A DNA stretch of 34,692 nt, from assembly GCA_038320275.1 (NCBI GenBank), contig JBBQEB010000020.1, forward strand, positions 1-34,692. The letters are read 5' to 3'. Below the pieces are notes generated by a model. That model searched no databases. It saw only the letters and a list, made by a program, of their open reading frames with translations, and was not told the DNA's origin. A program made the translations under genes and the position numbers. How positions within the stretch are numbered: the first letter of the stretch is position 1; each line of letters begins with the position of its first letter. Positions 8,328 through 18,002 of the stretch are shown piece by piece. Source of the stretch: Myxococcales bacterium (lineage in GTDB: Bacteria; Myxococcota; Myxococcia; Myxococcales; Anaeromyxobacteraceae).

Positions 8328-9733
8328 GGTCGTGCCTCACGGGTGGCCTCCGCGGTCGCGCCCCGATCGCGCAGGAGCGAAGTGGCCCCGGCGAGCAGCG
8401 CCAGCGCGGCGCCTCCCAGGAGCGCGGCCCCGTAGCCGCGCAAGAGCTCCTCCGGGCGGGAGGTCGCGCCCCCTCGAGAGCGGAAGATGGCGCTCGAGCT
8501 GGAGATGCCGAGCACCATGCCGAGGTTGCGCGCGGTGGCGAGCATGCCGGCCCCGGAGCCGAGCTTCTCCCGCGGCACCGCGCTCATGACGGCGGTGTTG
8601 TTGGGCGGCTGGAAGAGCCCCATGCCGAGGCCGCAGGTCGCCAGCAGGGCGCCGACGGCGGCGAGGCTGGCGCCCGCCCCGGCGCGGGAGAGCCCCGCGA
8701 GCCCGGCGGCGAGGACCACCATGCCGGCGGCCGACAGCGACCTCCCTCCGAAGCGATCGGTGAGCCAGCCGGAGAGCGGCGACGCCACCGAGAGGGCCAG
8801 CGGGACCGGGGTGAGCATGAGCCCGAGGCCGCGCGCCGAGAGCCCCTGCACGCCGGACAGGTAGAACGGGGTGAGGAGGTTCAGCGCGAACATGGCCGCG
8901 TAGGAGAGGAGCCCACCCGCGATCCCGGCCGAGAAGATGACGGACCGGAAGAGCCCCGGGTCGAGCACCGGGCTCGCGGCCCTGCGCACGTGCCTCACGA
9001 GGAGGGCGCCCGCGGCGAGCGCCCCCGCGAAGAAGCCCCACGGCCCCCCACCGCCGCCCGGGAGCGTCTGGAGGCCAGCGACGAGCGACACGAGCGCGAA
9101 CGCGAGGATGGCGGCGCCGGACCAGTCCATGCGCGCGCCGGGCCGCGGCCGCCCCTGCGGGAGCACGCGCGAGGCCCAGATCGCGCCCGCCACGCCGATG
9201 GGGAGGTTGGGCAAGAAGACCCAGCGCCAGGAGAGGTGCTGGAGGATGAGCCCGCCGAGCGGCGGCCCCATGGTGAGCCCCAGCGCGACGACGGTGGCGA
9301 CGGCACCGAGCGCGCGGCCGCGCTGCTCCAGCGGGAAGAGCGCCGTCACGATGGCGGGGCCCATGGCCATCATGGCGGTGGCGCCGAGCGCCTGGAGGGC
9401 GCGAGCGGCGACCAAGGCGGCGAGGGAGCTCGCGAGACCGCAGGCGCCGGAGCCGACCGTGAACAGCAGGAGCCCGCCCACGTACATCCTGCGGTGGCCA
9501 AAGAGGTCGCCCAGTCGCCCGGCGGCGAGGAGCGTCGCGCTGATGACGAGGAGATAGGTGGCGACCACCCACTCCACCCCGCCGAAGCTCGCGCCGAGCT
9601 CCTGGCGCAGCGTGGGCAGCGTGACGTTCACGATGCTCCCGTCCAGCGTGGACATGATCGAGCCCACCGAGACCGCGGCGAAGCCGCGCCACGGGTGGTT
9701 CGGCGGTGCGGGGTGCGGCGGTGGCCCGATCAT
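8324..9733 (-). CDS. MFS drug:H+ antiporter, DHA2 (EmrB/QacA) type
   Basis: MSTLDGSIVNVTLP, WVVATYLL, GRLGDLFGHRR, GPPLGG, WRWVFLPNLPIG; ATG overlaps upstream MFS stop (TGATG). Confidence 0.9.
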   Translation of the reverse strand: MIGPPPHPAPPNHPWRGFAAVSVGSIMSTLDGSIVNVTLPTLRQELGASFGGVEWVVATYLLVISATLLAAGRLGDLFGHRRMYVGGLLLFTVGSGACGLASSLAALVAARALQALGATAMMAMGPAIVTALFPLEQRGRALGAVATVVALGLTMGPPLGGLILQHLSWRWVFLPNLPIGVAGAIWASRVLPQGRPRPGARMDWSGAAILAFALVSLVAGLQTLPGGGGGPWGFFAGALAAGALLVRHVRRAASPVLDPGLFRSVIFSAGIAGGLLSYAAMFALNLLTPFYLSGVQGLSARGLGLMLTPVPLALSVASPLSGWLTDRFGGRSLSAAGMVVLAAGLAGLSRAGAGASLAAVGALLATCGLGMGLFQPPNNTAVMSAVPREKLGSGAGMLATARNLGMVLGISSSSAIFRSRGGATSRPEELLRGYGAALLGGAALALLAGATSLLRDRGATAEATREARP

Positions 9734-10983
9734 CAGGGCGGCACCTGCGGCGGGAAGAGGGTCGGATACTGCGACAGCACCACCCTGCGCAGGCTGGGGA
9801 GGGCCAGGTGGAAGGCGGTGCTGGCGAGGAGCACCACCACGGAGGCGGCGAGGAAGACGCGGGCCACGCCGAACCGCTCGGCCGCGAAGCCGCCCAGCAG
9901 CGCGCCGAAGGGCGTCGTGCCGAGGAAGAGCGTGGAAAAGAAGCCCATCACCCGCCCGCGCATGCCCTCCGGCGCGAGCCCCTGCAAGAGCGTCATCGTG
10001 CCCGCCGACTGGGAGAGGAAGCCGAAGCCCACCAGCACCAGGCAGAGCGCCGCCACCGTGGCGTTCCGGGAGAGCGCGAGGCCGGCGAGCCCGACGCCGA
10101 ACACCGTCGCGCCGACGCCCACCCGGCGGCCGAGGCCGGTGAGCCCCGTGCGCACGAGCAGGGACACGCCCGCGACGAGGGCGCCCAGCCCGGCCGCGCC
10201 CTGCAGCGTGCCCAGCATCCTCGCGCCTCCGCCCAGCACCTCCTTGGTGAAGGCCGGCAGGAGCGTGATGTACGGCATCGCGAAGAAGCTGGTGGTCCCG
10301 AGCAGCGCGAGGAGCGCGCGGACGTGGGGCGTCTTGCCTGCGTACGCGACGCCCTCCAGCAGGTGGCCGCGGCGGCTGGAAGGCGGCGCCATGGGACGCG
10401 CGGGGAGATCCATCACCACGAGCGCCCAGAGGGTACCGGCAAAGCTCACCGCGTTGATCGCGAAGCAGGCTCCCTCTCCCACCGCCGCGACCGTCCATCC
10501 CGCCAGGGCGGGCCCCACCGCGCGCGCGCCGTTCACGATGCTGGAGTTGAGCGCCAGCGCGTTGGGCATGTCCGGACCGGCGATCTCGCCCAGCAGGGAT
10601 TGCCGCGCGGGCACCTCGAAGGCGTTCGACAGGCCGAGCATGAGCGCCAGCGGGAGCAGCATCCAGGGCCGCACCACGCCCGTGAGCGTCACCGCGGCCA
10701 GGAGGGTGGCCTGCACCACCGCGTTGATCTGCGTGACGAGCACGATGCGCCGGCGCGGGACGCGATCCGCGAGGGCGCCTGCGTAGACGCCGAAGAAGAA
10801 GATGGGCACCTGCGAGAGGAACCCCACCACGCCGAGCAGGCTCGCCGAGCGCGTGAGCCGGTAGACGAGCCACCCCTGCGCCACGGCCTGCATCCAGGTG
10901 CCGACGAGCGAGACCGTCTGCCCTCCGAAGAAGAGGCGGAGGTTCCGGTGGCGCAGCGAGCGCAGGGCATACGGGAGGTGCAT
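9733..10983 (-). CDS. MFS transporter (DUF894/MFS_3 type)
   Basis: RSLRHRNLRLFFGGQTVSLVGTWMQAVAQGWLV, GALADRVPRRR, NALALNS, MRGRVMG. Confidence 0.9.
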   Translation of the reverse strand: MHLPYALRSLRHRNLRLFFGGQTVSLVGTWMQAVAQGWLVYRLTRSASLLGVVGFLSQVPIFFFGVYAGALADRVPRRRIVLVTQINAVVQATLLAAVTLTGVVRPWMLLPLALMLGLSNAFEVPARQSLLGEIAGPDMPNALALNSSIVNGARAVGPALAGWTVAAVGEGACFAINAVSFAGTLWALVVMDLPARPMAPPSSRRGHLLEGVAYAGKTPHVRALLALLGTTSFFAMPYITLLPAFTKEVLGGGARMLGTLQGAAGLGALVAGVSLLVRTGLTGLGRRVGVGATVFGVGLAGLALSRNATVAALCLVLVGFGFLSQSAGTMTLLQGLAPEGMRGRVMGFFSTLFLGTTPFGALLGGFAAERFGVARVFLAASVVVLLASTAFHLALPSLRRVVLSQYPTLFPPQVPP

Positions 10984-11071
10984 CGCGGCCGAGGGCTCAA
11001 GGCGTACTGCGTCGGGCGCGGGGCCGCACGTGTTCCGCCGCGGGAACGCACGCGCCATTATGCTGCGCGCC

Positions 11072-12457
11072 GTGGACCCCCCTTCTCCGGCCTCGAGCGA
11101 GCTGCGCGGCCTCCTTCGCCTGGCGCTCCCGCTCGCTGCGGCCAGCGCGGGCCAGGCCACCATGGGGCTCGTGGACACCGCCGTCTGCGGACGGGCGGGC
11201 AGCGCGGTGCTGGCGGGCACCGGCCTCGGCAACGCGCTCTTCCTGGGCGCTGCCATCTTCGGTATGGGGCTCATGATGGGGCTCGATCCCCTCATCGCCC
11301 AGGCGTTCGGCAGCGGGGAGCCGCGACGGGCGCGCCTCCTCCTCTGGCAGGGCTCCTGGCTCGCGCTCCTGGCGGGCGCGGTCCTCGCGGTCCCCTGCGC
11401 CTTGCTTCCGCTCGCCCTCCGTCCCCTGGGGATCGACGACGAGGTCGCGACGCAGGCGAGCCACTTCCTGTGGGTGCGCGTCCCGAGCCTACCCGCGCTC
11501 CTGTTCTTCACCGCGGCCAGGGGCTACCTGCAGGGGCTCGGACGCACGCGGGCGGTGGTGGTCTCGGTAGCGCTCGCGAACGCGCTCAACCTTGCGCTCG
11601 ACCTCGTCTTCGTCTTCGGCGGCGCCGGGCTCCCGGCCTGGGCTGGGCCCGTCCGGGCGCTGCCGCCACTCGGGTCGGGGGGCTCGGCGCTGGCGACGTC
11701 GCTCGTCACCGTGGCGCAGGGGCTGGCCCTCGCGGTCGGGGTGGGGCGCATCGCGCTGCCCGGCGGCACCCGAGGGCTCCGCCGCCCGGCCTGGAACGAG
11801 ATCCTGCGCGCGGCCCGCGTGGGCCTGCCGGTGGGCTTGCACATGGGCGCGGAGGTGGGGCTCTTCGCGCTGGTGGGCTTCCTGGCCGGCCGGCTGGGGC
11901 GCGCACCCCTCGCCGCGCACCAGATCGCCCTGGCGCTCGCCAGTATCAGCTTCACCTTCGCGGTGGGCATCGGCAGCGCCGGCTCCGTGCGCGTCGGATG
12001 GGCGGTGGGCGCGGGCGATGGCGCCGCGGCGCGAAGGGCGGGGCTGACCGCCTTCGGAGCTGGGGCCGCGGTGATGTCGATCTCGGCGCTCGTCTTCGCC
12101 GTCTTCCCGGGTCCGCTGGCCCGGCTCATGACCAATGATCCGGCGGTGCTCGCTGCGGCCGCCCCCCTCCTCCTCATCGCGGCCGTCTTCCAGGTCTCCG
12201 ATGGAGCGCAGGCGGTCGGCGCGGGCGTCCTCCGGGGCGCGGGGGACACCCGCTACACCTTCGCCGCCAACATGCTGGGCCACTGGCTCGTCGGCTTCCC
12301 CGTCGCCCTCGCGCTCGGCATCGTCGGTTCGCTCGGCGTGGCGGGGCTCTGGTGGGGGCTCTGCGCGGGACTGTCCGCGGTGGCCATCGCGCTGTTCGTG
12401 CGCTTCCTGCGGCTGTCCTCGCAGCCGATCGCGCCGCTGGTGGGGGAGGTGCGGTAG
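11072..12457 (+). CDS. MATE family efflux transporter (NorM-like)
   Basis: LRLALP, GLVDTAVCGR, LDPLIAQAFG, LAAHQIAL, AAVFQVSDGAQ...GVLRGAGDT. GTG 11072 chosen as start; ATG 11060 is an alternative. Confidence 0.92.
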   Translation: MDPPSPASSELRGLLRLALPLAAASAGQATMGLVDTAVCGRAGSAVLAGTGLGNALFLGAAIFGMGLMMGLDPLIAQAFGSGEPRRARLLLWQGSWLALLAGAVLAVPCALLPLALRPLGIDDEVATQASHFLWVRVPSLPALLFFTAARGYLQGLGRTRAVVVSVALANALNLALDLVFVFGGAGLPAWAGPVRALPPLGSGGSALATSLVTVAQGLALAVGVGRIALPGGTRGLRRPAWNEILRAARVGLPVGLHMGAEVGLFALVGFLAGRLGRAPLAAHQIALALASISFTFAVGIGSAGSVRVGWAVGAGDGAAARRAGLTAFGAGAAVMSISALVFAVFPGPLARLMTNDPAVLAAAAPLLLIAAVFQVSDGAQAVGAGVLRGAGDTRYTFAANMLGHWLVGFPVALALGIVGSLGVAGLWWGLCAGLSAVAIALFVRFLRLSSQPIAPLVGEVR

Positions 12458-12472
12458 GTCGCGAAGGGTGAG

Positions 12473-12542
12473 CGACCGCCCTCGACCTCGACCACCGACC
12501 GCGACTCGACCTTCTACCTCGACCCCGACGGCGACCGCGACC
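12473..12542. repeat. Degenerate (T/C/G)CGACC hexamer tandem array, about 11 units
   Basis: ctcgacctcgaccaccgaccgcgactcgaccttctacctcgaccccgacggcgaccgcgacc, just downstream of the MATE stop. Confidence 0.8.
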
Positions 12543-12621
12543 CACCGCACCCGGGGTAGCCCCAGATGCGGAGGTACGATCGTTCTTCCCAGCAGGTGGG
12601 TGCAGTCCTTACACTAGCGGC

Positions 12622-12846
12622 ATGCCGTCCTCGTCGAGATTCAGAGTGCTTCCCGGAGGGGGCGAGCCTTCCCCTACCCCCTCGGTCCAGCGTCACAACC
12701 GCCTCCGCCTCGTCGATGGCCCTGATGAAAGCGTCGCCGAGCTCGAGCGGGCCGTGACGGCCGCGGTGGACAACGCCCACCAGATGCGGCTCGAGATCGA
12801 GCGGCGGATCGCCCGGGCGCTCGCCACCATCGACGCTCCGGGGTGA
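12622..12846 (+). CDS. Hypothetical 74-aa protein
   Basis: TACACT -10-like hexamer 6 nt before the ATG, helical C-terminal half, fills the intergenic gap, hairpin plus U-tract after the stop. Confidence 0.55.
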   Translation: MPSSSRFRVLPGGGEPSPTPSVQRHNRLRLVDGPDESVAELERAVTAAVDNAHQMRLEIERRIARALATIDAPG

Positions 12847-12915
12847 GGCATCGCGCCGCCGGGGGTTACGTCCGGCGCGGGGATGCTCATTTTTGGACGC
12901 AAGGGAGAACAACAT

Positions 12916-13095
12916 ATGTCTGGAACTGGCGACAAGATCGAAGGCGCGTGGGACACGGCCAAGGGCAAGGCCAAGAAGATCGTCGGCGAGATCACCAACG
13001 ACGACAGCAAAAAGACGGAGGGCTCCCTGGACAAGTTGAAGGGGAGCCTCAAGGACACCAAGGGCGACATCAAGAACAAGATCAACGACCTGTAG
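12916..13095 (+). CDS. csbD: CsbD family stress protein
   Basis: [24 protein letters not shown]...[19 protein letters not shown]. Confidence 0.88.
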   Translation: MSGTGDKIEGAWDTAKGKAKKIVGEITNDDSKKTEGSLDKLKGSLKDTKGDIKNKINDL

Positions 13096-13121
13096 TCGGT
13101 CGCGGGTCGAGACTGTTTCGG

Positions 13122-13163
13122 GGCCCCGCCTCCGCGAGTACGCGGGGGCGGGGCCTTCGTTAT
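13122..13163 (+). terminator. Intrinsic terminator after csbD
   Basis: GGCCCCGCCTCCGCG-agta-CGCGGGGGCGGGGCC 15-bp stem followed by TTCGTTAT. Confidence 0.75.
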
Positions 13164-13172
13164 GGGTGCAAG

Positions 13173-15359
13173 GTGCTCGAGACCACGCTCCCTGGTGCTT
13201 CCCCCCGCCCCGCCGACCTCGCGGAGCGCCTGTCGGAGGCGTATCGCGCCAAGGGCCCGGCGTACGTGCCCCGGACGCACCATCGGGTAGGAGCGCAGCC
13301 GCGCTTCACCAACCGCCTGATCCTCGAGTCGAGTCCTTACCTCCTCCAGCACGCGCACAACCCTGTCGACTGGCGGCCCTGGGGCGACGAGGCGTTCGAG
13401 GTCGCGCGCAGGGAGGGAAAGCCCGTGTTCCTCTCCGTCGGATACGCCACCTGTCACTGGTGCCACGTGATGGAGCGGGAGTCCTTCGAGGACGAGGAGG
13501 TCGCGCGCGCCCTGAACGAGGCCTTCGTCTGCATCAAGGTCGATCGCGAGGAGCGGCCGGACGTGGATGCCGTCTACATGACCGCCGTCCAGGCGCTCAC
13601 GGGCCAGGGGGGGTGGCCGATGAGCGTTTTCCTGGACGCCGACCGCCAGCCCTTCTTCGGCGGCACTTACTTTCCGGCTCGCGATGGCGACCGCGGAGCC
13701 GGGCGAGGCTTCCTCACCCTCATCGGGCAGCTCCTCGCGGTCTGGAAGGAAGACCCTGCCCGCGTGCGCGAGGCCGCGAGCTCCCTCCGCGAGGCGGTGC
13801 GATCCGCCCTCGCGAGCGAGCCAGCGGGCGGGCCCAACCACCCGGCGCTCCCGAGCGCCGAGCCCATCGAGAGCGCGGTCCGCTCGTTCGGGCGCGCGTT
13901 CGACGCCGTGCACGGGGGCGTCCGCCGCGCTCCCAAGTTCCCGTCCAGCCTGCCCGTCCGGCTGCTCCTCCGCCATCACCGGCGCACCCGCTCGCCAACC
14001 TCGCTGGAGATGGCCGAGGTCACGCTGGAGAAGATGGCGGCGGGCGGGCTCATGGACCAGGTCGGCGGGGGTTTCCACCGCTACTCCACCGACGCCCGGT
14101 GGCTGGTCCCGCACTTCGAGAAGATGCTGTACGACAACGCGCTGCTCGCGGTGGCGTATCTCGAAGGCTGGCAGGTCACGCGGCGCCGGGACTTCGCCCG
14201 CGTGGCCCGCTTCACCCTCGACTACGTGCTGCGGGAGCTGACCTCCCCGGAGGGCGCGTTCTACTCCGCGACCGACGCCGATTCCGAGGGCGAGGAGGGC
14301 CGCTTCTTCGTCTGGCAGGCGCGGGAGCTCCGCGAGCTGCTCGGCCCGCGGGCGGAGCGGTTCATCCGCTTCCACGGGGTGACGGAGGGCGGCAACTTCG
14401 AGGGCCGCAACATCCTCCACGTGCCGACGCCGGACGAGGACACCTGGGAAGCGCTGGCAGAGGATCGCGCGACCCTCTATCAGGCCCGCGACAGGCGCGA
14501 GAAGCCGCTCCGCGACGAGAAGGTCCTCACGGCCTGGAACGCCCTCATGATCTCGGCGCTCGCGTTCGGGGGGCGCCTCCTCGACGAGCCGCGCTACATC
14601 GCCGCAGCAGCCGGTGCCGCCGACGTCCTACTCACCCGGATGCGGCCCGGCGGGCGGCTGGCGCGCACCTCGCGCGACGGCGTGCTGGGCCCAGCGGGCT
14701 TCCTGGAGGACCACGCCTTCCTGGCCCAGGGCCTCCTCGATCTGCACGAAGCCACCTTCGACCCCCGCTGGCTGGAGGAGGCGCTCGCGCTGGCGGAGGA
14801 GACCGAGCGGCGCTTCGCCGATCCACGGGGGGGCTGGTTCGTCTCGGCCGAAGACCAGGAGCGGCTCATCGCGCGGGAGAAGCCGAACCACGATGGCGCG
14901 ACGCCTTCCGGCGCGTCGGTGGCGCTTCACGTCGCGCTGCGGCTCTCCACCTTCACCACGGACGACCGGTGGCGCAGGGTCGCGGAGGGCGCGCTCCTTT
15001 GGTACGCCCCCGCGCTCGCCGAACTGCCCATGGGCCTCACCGAGCTGCTGCTCGCGGTCGACGCGTTCACCGACGCCCCCCGCGAGGTGGTGCTGGTGTG
15101 GCCGGCGGGCGCCGCGCCTCCTGCGGCCCTGCTCGAGGTGCTCCGGGAGACGTTCCTCCCCAACGGCGCCATCACGGGCGGCGAGGAGGGTGCGTCGCTG
15201 GCTCGCCTGGCCAGGGTCGCCCCGGTGGTGAAGGGTCGCATCGCGGTGGGCGGCAAGAGCACCGGTTACGTGTGTGAGGGAGGCGCGTGCCGCCTTCCGG
15301 TGATCAGCGCCGAGCAGCTCGCCGAGCAGCTCGTGCCGGTGCGGCCTTACCCCGCCTGA
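13173..15359 (+). CDS. YyaL/DUF255 thioredoxin-domain protein (SSP411 family)
   Basis: [53 protein letters not shown]...[12 protein letters not shown]. Start uncertain; GTG 13173 chosen. Confidence 0.92.
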   Translation: MLETTLPGASPRPADLAERLSEAYRAKGPAYVPRTHHRVGAQPRFTNRLILESSPYLLQHAHNPVDWRPWGDEAFEVARREGKPVFLSVGYATCHWCHVMERESFEDEEVARALNEAFVCIKVDREERPDVDAVYMTAVQALTGQGGWPMSVFLDADRQPFFGGTYFPARDGDRGAGRGFLTLIGQLLAVWKEDPARVREAASSLREAVRSALASEPAGGPNHPALPSAEPIESAVRSFGRAFDAVHGGVRRAPKFPSSLPVRLLLRHHRRTRSPTSLEMAEVTLEKMAAGGLMDQVGGGFHRYSTDARWLVPHFEKMLYDNALLAVAYLEGWQVTRRRDFARVARFTLDYVLRELTSPEGAFYSATDADSEGEEGRFFVWQARELRELLGPRAERFIRFHGVTEGGNFEGRNILHVPTPDEDTWEALAEDRATLYQARDRREKPLRDEKVLTAWNALMISALAFGGRLLDEPRYIAAAAGAADVLLTRMRPGGRLARTSRDGVLGPAGFLEDHAFLAQGLLDLHEATFDPRWLEEALALAEETERRFADPRGGWFVSAEDQERLIAREKPNHDGATPSGASVALHVALRLSTFTTDDRWRRVAEGALLWYAPALAELPMGLTELLLAVDAFTDAPREVVLVWPAGAAPPAALLEVLRETFLPNGAITGGEEGASLARLARVAPVVKGRIAVGGKSTGYVCEGGACRLPVISAEQLAEQLVPVRPYPA

Positions 15360-15485
15360 GCGCTGCGGGCGGACCGGAAGGTCGTTTCCGAGCAAGCGAG
15401 CCCACCCCCTGCGACCGGGCGTGGACGCGCGCTGCGTCAAGCGTGCGCAGATTCTCCGGAGCAAACCCACACGAAAGGGAAGCTC

Positions 15486-15731
15486 ATGGCCTACGGACAC
15501 GAAGATCTGGCGACGGTGAAGGTGGAGGAGCAGACCTCCAAGATCCCCTCCCTGCTGTTCCTCGGCGCAGCGCTGACCGCGATGGCCGCCTCCGCGGCGC
15601 TCGTGCTGACGGGCCGCAAGCACCTCGGCAACTTCATCGGGCAGTGGGCGCCCTCCATCCTCATCCTCGGCCTCTACAACAAGGTGGCGAAGGAGGTCGC
15701 CGCGCCCCGGCACGACATGGGCGTCTCCTAA
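15486..15731 (+). CDS. Small hypothetical membrane protein (FIGQWAP...LGLYNK type)
   Basis: AAAGGGA RBS, GC3-rich codon usage, two hydrophobic segments. Confidence 0.75.
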   Translation: MAYGHEDLATVKVEEQTSKIPSLLFLGAALTAMAASAALVLTGRKHLGNFIGQWAPSILILGLYNKVAKEVAAPRHDMGVS

Positions 15732-16492
15732 ATCGGTCCTTCCCGCAGCGCGGCCAGCGCCAGAGCGGGGCGGTTGGTGATGATGGTGGAAACCCCGAAC
15801 CTGGCGAGGCGCTTCACCTCGCCGGGCTCGTCCACCGTCCAGGCGTTCACCTCGAGCCCCTGCCCGCGCCAGCGGACCGCCCGCGCAGAGGTGATGAGCG
15901 TCCGCTCCGGGTGAAGGGCTTCCGGCCGCGCGACCGCGAGTCCCGCGAGCTCCCTCGCCCGATGCCAGCGCTGGTCGGCCAGCAGAAGCCCGGTCCGCAC
16001 CGAGGGCGCGAAGAACCCGAACGCTGCCAGGGAGAAGGGATCGAAGGCGGAGACGAGGCACCGCTCCGGGCCTCGCGCGCGCACCAGCCGCGCCACCTCG
16101 CGGGCGAGCGCCACATCCGGCAGGCCGGCCGACTTCAGCTCCACGTTCACCTTCGCACCTGGAAAGCCGGCGAGCACCTCGTCCAGGAGCGGGATGCGCT
16201 CGCCCCTGAACCGCCCGCCCCACCCCTGCCCCAGGTCGAGGGCGCGCAGCCTCGACAGCGACGAGGTCGCGAGGGCGAGGTCTTCCCCCGACACCCTTCC
16301 GGTGGTCGCGTCGTGGTGCACCACCACCTGGCCCGTTCCACACCTCCGGACGTCCAGCTCGAAGCCGTCGGCTCCCGCCTCCATGGCGAGCTGGAAGGCG
16401 GCAAGCGTGTTCTCCGGCGCCTCCTGGCTGGCGCCCCGGTGGGCGAGCACCGCGACGCGGCGGGCGGGCTCAGCGCGGCGCAAGGGGGACAC
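15728..16492 (-). CDS. Glycerophosphodiester phosphodiesterase family protein
   Basis: AHRGAS...[37 protein letters not shown]. Confidence 0.93.
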   Translation of the reverse strand: MSPLRRAEPARRVAVLAHRGASQEAPENTLAAFQLAMEAGADGFELDVRRCGTGQVVVHHDATTGRVSGEDLALATSSLSRLRALDLGQGWGGRFRGERIPLLDEVLAGFPGAKVNVELKSAGLPDVALAREVARLVRARGPERCLVSAFDPFSLAAFGFFAPSVRTGLLLADQRWHRARELAGLAVARPEALHPERTLITSARAVRWRGQGLEVNAWTVDEPGEVKRLARFGVSTIITNRPALALAALREGPI

Positions 16493-16536
16493 GTCCCTGG
16501 CGGAGGGTCGCTCGACGCTGTACCATGCGATGCATC

Positions 16537-16785
16537 ATGGGTGGACTTCGACTTCCAGAACTGCTCGTCATCCTCGTCGTGCTCCTGCTGGTGTTCGGCG
16601 CGAACAAGATTCCGCAGCTCGGAGATGCGCTCGGCAGGGGCATCCGGAACTTCAAGAAGTCGTCCACCGAGGACGACTCGATCGACGTGACGCCCAAGGA
16701 TCCGGCGCAGATCTCCTCCTCGCAGGCCACCTCGGCCACGAGCGCCGCGCCCCGCGCCACCACCCCCGCCGAAAAGAAGCTCTAG
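16537..16785 (+). CDS. tatA: Twin-arginine translocase TatA/TatE subunit
   Basis: [41 protein letters not shown]. Confidence 0.93.
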   Translation: MGGLRLPELLVILVVLLLVFGANKIPQLGDALGRGIRNFKKSSTEDDSIDVTPKDPAQISSSQATSATSAAPRATTPAEKKL

Positions 16786-17894
16786 CTTCCCTTCCGGCGC
16801 GCGTCGAGCGTTGCCGCAGGGCCGCCGCCTGGACGAAACCGGCCCGCGGGCGTGGCGGTGAGGATGGTCGCGCGGACGTCCACCTCCCCGAGGTCCTGGG
16901 GTGGGTTGAAGAGCACGAAGAACGGCGCAGAGCCGCCGGCGGGCAGCTGTCTCGCCGCCCGCGCGTCGAGGGCTCGCCTCAGCTTGGCCCCGAGGGCGGG
17001 GTCCCCCGCAGCGTAAACCTCCTCCGGCGTGGGGACCGCCCCCGACGCTGCCTCGCCCGCCGCCACCACCCGGCCCTCCCGCAGCACGTCGATCCGGACC
17101 CGCACCGGCCCGGTCGCCCCGGCCGGCGTCTGGACCACGCCGCGGACCACCAGTACGGGGCCGGCTGCGGTGTCGTACAGGCCGCTCGACAGCTCGCGCA
17201 CGAAGGGGTCGCGAGGCGAGACGGCCCGATGACCAAGGCGCGGCAGGAAGCCGCCCGGGACGCGCGGACCGAGCCCGCCCAGCAGCACGAAGGTGAAACC
17301 GATCCCTGCCGCGAGGAGGAGCGCGTTCGCGCCCGCGGCCGCCCTCGAGCCCCGGCGGCCTGCCGCCATCCGCGCGGGCGGCGAGGGGAGCGCAGGGACG
17401 GGCGCCTCGGCGCGAGCCGCGCGCGGCTGGGGAGTCGGCTCCGCGGCTGCAGCCGGCGGCGCGGACGGTGGCGCGGAGGCCGGCGCGCAGTCCGGCGGAG
17501 CGCTCTCGGCTGGGGCGTCCAGTTCGGAAAGCGAATCCAGGGTCACCCGATCGCCATCCGGCGCGGCGGCGGAGAGCGGCACCAGTTCCGGTGCCGAGCG
17601 CGCGAACGCGAGCGGGAGCGGCGTCCTCGCCTCCAGCTCCAGCATGGCCGGTGCGTAGGCCAGGGCTGCCCCTCCCCCTGGGCTCGGCACCGGGAAGGGA
17701 CGCTCCGGGGCGAAGGGGTCGCGGCGGGCTCCGGATGCAGACGGCGGGGCGAGGTCGCCCGGAGCCTCGCCTCGGACGCCGGCGGCCTCGAAGATGTCCC
17801 CGCACGCAGGGCAGCGGATCCTTCGGCCGGCAGGTCCGGGTCTCTCGCCCGCGACCCGGACCCGGGTCTCACAGGAGGTGCAGGTGACGATCAT
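16782..17894 (-). CDS. MJ0042-type zinc-ribbon membrane protein with Pro/Ala linker and DUF3426-like C-terminus
   Basis: [11 protein letters not shown]...[10 protein letters not shown], low-complexity linker, one TM helix, C-terminal SGLYDT...VLVVRG...APFFVLF. Confidence 0.8.
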   Translation of the reverse strand: MIVTCTSCETRVRVAGERPGPAGRRIRCPACGDIFEAAGVRGEAPGDLAPPSASGARRDPFAPERPFPVPSPGGGAALAYAPAMLELEARTPLPLAFARSAPELVPLSAAAPDGDRVTLDSLSELDAPAESAPPDCAPASAPPSAPPAAAAEPTPQPRAARAEAPVPALPSPPARMAAGRRGSRAAAGANALLLAAGIGFTFVLLGGLGPRVPGGFLPRLGHRAVSPRDPFVRELSSGLYDTAAGPVLVVRGVVQTPAGATGPVRVRIDVLREGRVVAAGEAASGAVPTPEEVYAAGDPALGAKLRRALDARAARQLPAGGSAPFFVLFNPPQDLGEVDVRATILTATPAGRFRPGGGPAATLDARRKGS

Positions 17895-17935
17895 GGTGGC
17901 AGCGCTCCGCCGAGGAGCGTACGACGGGAAACACC

Positions 17936-17963
17936 TTGACACCATGAAGGTGCAGGTGAGAAT
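17936..17963 (+). promoter_or_regulatory. Putative sigma70-type promoter of the PhaR-like gene
   Basis: TTGACA-16 nt-GAGAAT, about 40 nt upstream of ATG 18003. Confidence 0.45.
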
Positions 17964-18002
17964 GGCGGGCTCGCCGTACCGCCTCTCCCGAGGAAACCCC
18001 AC

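Noticed and set aside
8324..10873. ORF-track N-terminal extensions suggesting fusions (849-aa MFS, 838-aa YyaL, 901-aa permease, 832-aa kinase, 764-aa TPR, 733-aa regulator)
   Set aside because: The extensions are off-frame reads through upstream genes; real starts are marked by overlaps, RBS or -10 elements
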